Shown here: positions 31,012 through 34,957 of the stretch, in pieces
Layout of the letters: each line of letters opens with the position of its first letter
Numbering within the stretch: position 1 is the stretch's first letter
Assembly: GCA_035260285.1 (NCBI GenBank)
Contig: DATFVP010000050.1
Coordinates: 1-34,957, forward strand
DNA length: 34,957 nucleotides
Reading direction: 5' to 3'
Source: Methyloceanibacter sp.
Lineage (GTDB): Bacteria > Pseudomonadota > Alphaproteobacteria > Rhizobiales > Methyloligellaceae
Position numbers and translations under genes: made by a program
Notes under the pieces: generated by a model
What the model saw: the letters and a program-made list of their open reading frames with translations, nothing else
The model's database searches: none
Told to the model about the DNA's origin: nothing

Positions 31012-31935
31012 CTACTCAGGCTTCGCTTCGGCGCTCGGCCTCGGTCCCCGTCCTGGACGCCGCGCCTGCGAAGGAGCCTTGCCATTGCCGCCGCGCGTGT
31101 CGGCGCGTCCCGGCTTCCGCCGCGGCCTGCGCTCGCCGTCGGTCTGAGGACGTTCGGCTCCCTCCCCGCCTTCCTCGTCTCCCTCATCGAGTGCGGGCTC
31201 GTTCGGAGGCGCCTCAGCGGCGCCGAGGTCGACACCGGCGGAGCCTTGCGCCCGCTCGATTCCGTCGATGGCGGCACGCGCCACCAAGTCGCAATAAAGC
31301 GTGATGGCGCGGCCGGCGTCGTCGTTGCCGGGAATGGGGTGGCTGATCCCGTCAGGATCGCTGTTCGAATCGACCACGGCAACGATCGGCATGCCAAGCT
31401 TCCGCGCTTCGGCGATGGCGATCGATTCCTTGTTGGTGTCGATCACGAACATCAGGTCGGGCGGCGCGCCCATGTCCTTGATGCCGCCGAGCGCCCGCTC
31501 GAGTTTTTCCTTCTCGCGTGTGAGCTGAAGCAGCTCTTTCTTGGTGAGACCTTGCGTCTCGCCGGCGAGCAGCTCTTCCAGAGATTTGAGCCTGCGAATC
31601 GAGTTCGAGATGGTGCGCCAGTTGGTGAGCGTGCCGCCGAGCCAGCGGTGGTTCACGTAATACTGGGCGCAAGACCGCGCCGCTTCTGCCACGGCCTCTG
31701 AAGCCTGCCGCTTAGTGCCGACGAACAGAACGCGGCCGCCTTTAGCCACGGTGTCGGCGACGGCTAGGAGTGCCTGGTGGAACAGCGGTACGGTCTGGGC
31801 GAGATCGATGATGTGGATGTTGTTGCGGGAGCCGTAGATGAAAGGCTCCATCTTCGGGTTCCAGCGGTGGGTCTGGTGACCAAAATGCACGCCAGCCTCA
31901 AGCAGCTGGCGCATAGAAACATTAGGCAGTGCCAT
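31012..31935 (-). CDS. rpsB: 30S ribosomal protein S2 with a long charged C-terminal tail
   Basis: [34 protein letters not shown]; AAGGAGA RBS. Confidence 0.99.
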   Translation of the reverse strand: MALPNVSMRQLLEAGVHFGHQTHRWNPKMEPFIYGSRNNIHIIDLAQTVPLFHQALLAVADTVAKGGRVLFVGTKRQASEAVAEAARSCAQYYVNHRWLGGTLTNWRTISNSIRRLKSLEELLAGETQGLTKKELLQLTREKEKLERALGGIKDMGAPPDLMFVIDTNKESIAIAEARKLGMPIVAVVDSNSDPDGISHPIPGNDDAGRAITLYCDLVARAAIDGIERAQGSAGVDLGAAEAPPNEPALDEGDEEGGEGAERPQTDGERRPRRKPGRADTRGGNGKAPSQARRPGRGPRPSAEAKPE

Positions 31936-31949
31936 GGGACTGCATTCTC

Positions 31950-32060
31950 CTTTTTCCGGTTCTGCCGCCGCGGGAGGATGAGACCGGTTTCCCGGTCACC
32001 GGAGCGAGCGTGGCAGCCCTTGCCGAGGGCCTCACGGCGCTAAGGTCCCGCGTGTGAGAT
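31950..32060 (-). ncRNA. rpsB leader RNA (t44 / S2 autoregulatory element)
   Basis: Minus strand CACACGCGGGA (32056-32046) pairs with TCCCGCG (31975-31969), enclosing hairpins including GACCGG-GAAA-CCGGTC; position fits the conserved S2 leader. Confidence 0.7.
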
Positions 32061-34957
32061 GGTGCGGTTTATAGGGAGGCAACCCCCTTTTGGCAAGGGT
32101 TGCGGCCGGGGTTGGGCGGGTCCGAGGGCGCTGACAGCGGCCACCCCCTCTACCAGTTTGAGCGCGCTCCGTTGCTTCGGCGTGGCGTCGATGCCTTGCG
32201 GCAGCACGAACTCGACCTCGCGTCCGGCATCGTCGAGACGAAGAACGAGCCGGAGCTCTCCCTGCCCGCTCCGGCCGCCCACCTGCTCCGCGATGCTATC
32301 GAGCGCGCGGGTGTCCTCCAGATAGATCTTGATGCCGCTGTGTCGGGCCTCAGCCGCAGCCTCGAGCGAGGAGATACGCTGGGCCCTCACCTTGACGGTC
32401 TCCCCGTCCGCCTCGGCCTCGACGTCGAGAAGCACAGCGCCGCCTGGCTGAAGCAGCTCGCGCGAAGCGGCCAAGGCTTCCGAGAACACCACCGCCTCGA
32501 ACTGGCCGGTAGGATCGGAGAAGGTGACGAAGGCGTAGGCATTGCCGCTCTTGCCATGGCGCTCGCGCATGGCGAGCACGGTGCCGGCAAGCGTGCCGAC
32601 GACGCGCCTGGTGCGGGCCTTCGCGGCGAAGTCTACCCAGGACTCGGCGCCAAGCGCCTCGAGCACGTCCAGGTAGTCGTCGAGCGGATGGCCGGTGAGG
32701 AAGAAGCCGACCGCCTCGAACTCGCGCGACAGCCGGTCGGTGGGCACCCAAGGCTTTGCCGCGCGGAGCTCGATCGGCGGTGGCGTGCGCGCAGCACCGG
32801 CGAAGAGGTCGTTCTGCCGGCCGGTGTCGTCCGCGAGCGACTGGTTGCCAGCGGCCATGATGCGATCGACATTGGCGAGAGCAGTGGTCCGGTCGATACC
32901 AAGCTCGTCGAGCGCGCCGGCCGCGGCAAGCGTCTCTAGCGCGCGCTTGTTGACTAGGCGCGGATTGATGGCGCGGGCGAACTCGGAGACGTCCTTGAAG
33001 GACCCGCGTTTTTGTCGCTCGGCGCAAATGTGATCGACCGCCTGCCGGCCGACGTTGCGAAGCGCCGCGAGCGAATAGCGGATGGCGCCGTCGCTCGGAA
33101 TGAAGCCGGCCTCTGAGCGGTTCACCGACGGCGGCTCGATGCGAATACCCATGCGGCGGGCTTCCTGGGCGAAGCCGTTGAGCTTATCGGTGTTGCCGAT
33201 GTCGAGCGTCATTGAGGCGGCCAGGAACTCGATCGGGTGGTTGGCCTTGAGATAAGCAGTCTGATAGGCGATCAGAGCGTATGCCGCGGCGTGAGACTTG
33301 TTGAAGCCGTAGCCGGCGAACTTGGCGACCAGCTCGAAGATGAACTCGGCGCTGCCGCGATCGACGCTTTTGCCGACTGCGCCCTCGATGAAGCGGTTCC
33401 GCTGCTGCGCCATCTCCTTCTTAATCTTCTTGCCCATGGCGCGACGGAGCAAATCGGCTTCGCCGAGCGAGAAGCCGGAGAGGGTTTGCGCGATCTGCAT
33501 CACCTGCTCCTGGTAGATGATCACGCCATAGGTCTCTTCCAGGATCGGCTGGATGGCGGGATGCAGATAGTCGGGTTGCTCGCGCCCATGCTTGCGGTTC
33601 ACGTAGCTGTCGATGTTGTCCATCGGTCCAGGGCGATAGAGCGCAACGATGGCGATGATGTCCTCGAAGCGATCTGGCTTCAGCTTGCGCAAAGCGTCTC
33701 GCATGCCTGCACCTTCGAGCTGGAACACGCCGACCGTATCGCCGTGGGCAAGAAGCTCGTAGGTCGCGGGGTCGTCGAGGGGCAGCCGCGCCGGATCGAG
33801 CGCGACGCCCTTGCGCGCGAGCAGCTCGCGCGCGGTCTCGATCACGGTGAGGGTTTTGAGACCGAGAAAGTCGAACTTCACGAGCCCGGCAGCCTCAGCC
33901 CATTTCATATTGAACTGGGTGGCAGGGAGCTGGGCGCGAGGATCGCGGTAGAGGGGCACGAGATCGATCAGCGGCCGGTCGGCGATCACCACGCCCGCGG
34001 CATGGGTCGAGGCGTGGCGATACAACCCCTCGAGGCGCTGGCCTATATCGAGCAGCTTGGCCACGATGGGCTCTGAATCGTGCGCTTCCTGCAGTCTTGG
34101 CTCGCCGGCAATGGCTTGTGCGAGCGTGACCGGGTTCGCCGGATTATGCGGCACGAGCTTGCACAGACGGTCGACCTGGCCATAGGGCATTTGCAGCACT
34201 CGGCCAACGTCGCGGAGCACCGCGCGCGCCTGCAATTTACCGAACGTGATGATATGGGCGACGCGGTCGGCCCCGTAACGCTCGCGCACATAGGCGATCA
34301 CCTCGTCGCGGCGGTCTTGGCAGAAGTCGATGTCGAAGTCCGGCATCGACACGCGGTCGGGATTGAGGAAGCGCTCGAAGATGAGGCCGAAACGGATCGG
34401 ATCGAGGTCCGTGATGGTGAGGGCGTAAGCCGTGAGCGACCCGGCGCCGGAGCCGCGGCCCGGCCCGACCGGGATGCCGTGCGCCTTGGCCCACTTGATG
34501 AAGTCGGCGACGATGAGGAAGTAGCCGGGATATTTCATCTTCTCGATGACGCCGAGCTCGAAGGCGAGCCGATCCCGGTAGTCCTCCTCGGTGCGGCCTC
34601 CCGCAAGCCCATGCGCGCGCAGCCGCCGTGCGAGGCCCTCCTCCGCCTGCCGGCGCAGCTCGGCCGCTTCATCGACGGCCTCGCCACTATCGCCAACCGA
34701 GAACCGCGGCAGGATCGGCGCCTGCGTGGTCGGCCGGAAGGCACAGCGGCGCGCGATCTCGACCGTGGAGGCGAGCGCCTCGGGCAGATCGGCAAATAGC
34801 GTTGCCATCTCGGCACGGGTCTTGAAGCGATAGTCGGGGCTGAGCTGACGCCGCTCGCTGTCGGCCACCAGCTTGCCCTCGGCGATGCAGATCAGCGCGT
34901 CATGCGCCTCGTGGTCGTCGCGCTTGGCAAAGAACGGCTCGTTGGTGGCGACGAGTG
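32040..34957 (-). CDS. dnaE: DNA polymerase III alpha subunit, partial (N-terminus outside the window)
   Basis: Frame open to the window end (LVATNEPFF...AHDALIC); GPGRGSGAGS, FERFLNPDRVSMPDFDIDF, KFDFLGL, YGFNKSH. Confidence 0.99.
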   Translation of the reverse strand, partial: LVATNEPFFAKRDDHEAHDALICIAEGKLVADSERRQLSPDYRFKTRAEMATLFADLPEALASTVEIARRCAFRPTTQAPILPRFSVGDSGEAVDEAAELRRQAEEGLARRLRAHGLAGGRTEEDYRDRLAFELGVIEKMKYPGYFLIVADFIKWAKAHGIPVGPGRGSGAGSLTAYALTITDLDPIRFGLIFERFLNPDRVSMPDFDIDFCQDRRDEVIAYVRERYGADRVAHIITFGKLQARAVLRDVGRVLQMPYGQVDRLCKLVPHNPANPVTLAQAIAGEPRLQEAHDSEPIVAKLLDIGQRLEGLYRHASTHAAGVVIADRPLIDLVPLYRDPRAQLPATQFNMKWAEAAGLVKFDFLGLKTLTVIETARELLARKGVALDPARLPLDDPATYELLAHGDTVGVFQLEGAGMRDALRKLKPDRFEDIIAIVALYRPGPMDNIDSYVNRKHGREQPDYLHPAIQPILEETYGVIIYQEQVMQIAQTLSGFSLGEADLLRRAMGKKIKKEMAQQRNRFIEGAVGKSVDRGSAEFIFELVAKFAGYGFNKSHAAAYALIAYQTAYLKANHPIEFLAASMTLDIGNTDKLNGFAQEARRMGIRIEPPSVNRSEAGFIPSDGAIRYSLAALRNVGRQAVDHICAERQKRGSFKDVSEFARAINPRLVNKRALETLAAAGALDELGIDRTTALANVDRIMAAGNQSLADDTGRQNDLFAGAARTPPPIELRAAKPWVPTDRLSREFEAVGFFLTGHPLDDYLDVLEALGAESWVDFAAKARTRRVVGTLAGTVLAMRERHGKSGNAYAFVTFSDPTGQFEAVVFSEALAASRELLQPGGAVLLDVEAEADGETVKVRAQRISSLEAAAEARHSGIKIYLEDTRALDSIAEQVGGRSGQGELRLVLRLDDAGREVEFVLPQGIDATPKQRSALKLVEGVAAVSALGPAQPRPQPLPKGGCLPINRTISHAGP
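32068..32096 (-). promoter_or_regulatory. Sigma70 promoter of rpsB-tsf
   Basis: TTGCCA-17 nt-TATAAA followed by a GC-rich discriminator CCGCAC. Confidence 0.8.

Noticed and set aside
32040-34957. Intein or intron in dnaE
   Set aside because: The frame is continuous with normal motif spacing and no splice motifs.

Overview
High-GC alphaproteobacterial (Hyphomicrobiales-like; taxonomy inferred from gene order, the GAAC-N7-GAAC SOS box and a CGTC-tagged repeat) core-genome segment. It holds (-) tpiA-hypothetical-secG-pyrG-GFA; (+) ppiD/surA-trpE-sixA-trpG-trpD-trpC-moaC-moeA-lexA; a decayed RelE/ParE-type toxin-antitoxin pair; (+) gltX-gltA; and the (-) cluster dnaE(partial)-rpsB-tsf-pyrH-frr-uppS-cdsA-dxr-rseP-bamA-lpxD-fabZ-lpxA-lpxI-lpxB. 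The left end has the 3' end of a TPR gene, an internally deleted aquaporin Z pseudogene and a palindromic repeat dimer. I see no CRISPR array, rRNA, tRNA, transposase, prophage or intein, and no large new multi-gene system. The best leads are small: (1) a pyrG promoter whose start region (CCC-ATG at positions 6-9 after the -10) could act as a CTP-sensing switch between short-leader and leaderless mRNA; (2) a multiply inactivated TA relic at the usual comEC position, abutting gltX in frame; (3) an uncharacterised two-cysteine exported protein translationally coupled between tpiA and secG.
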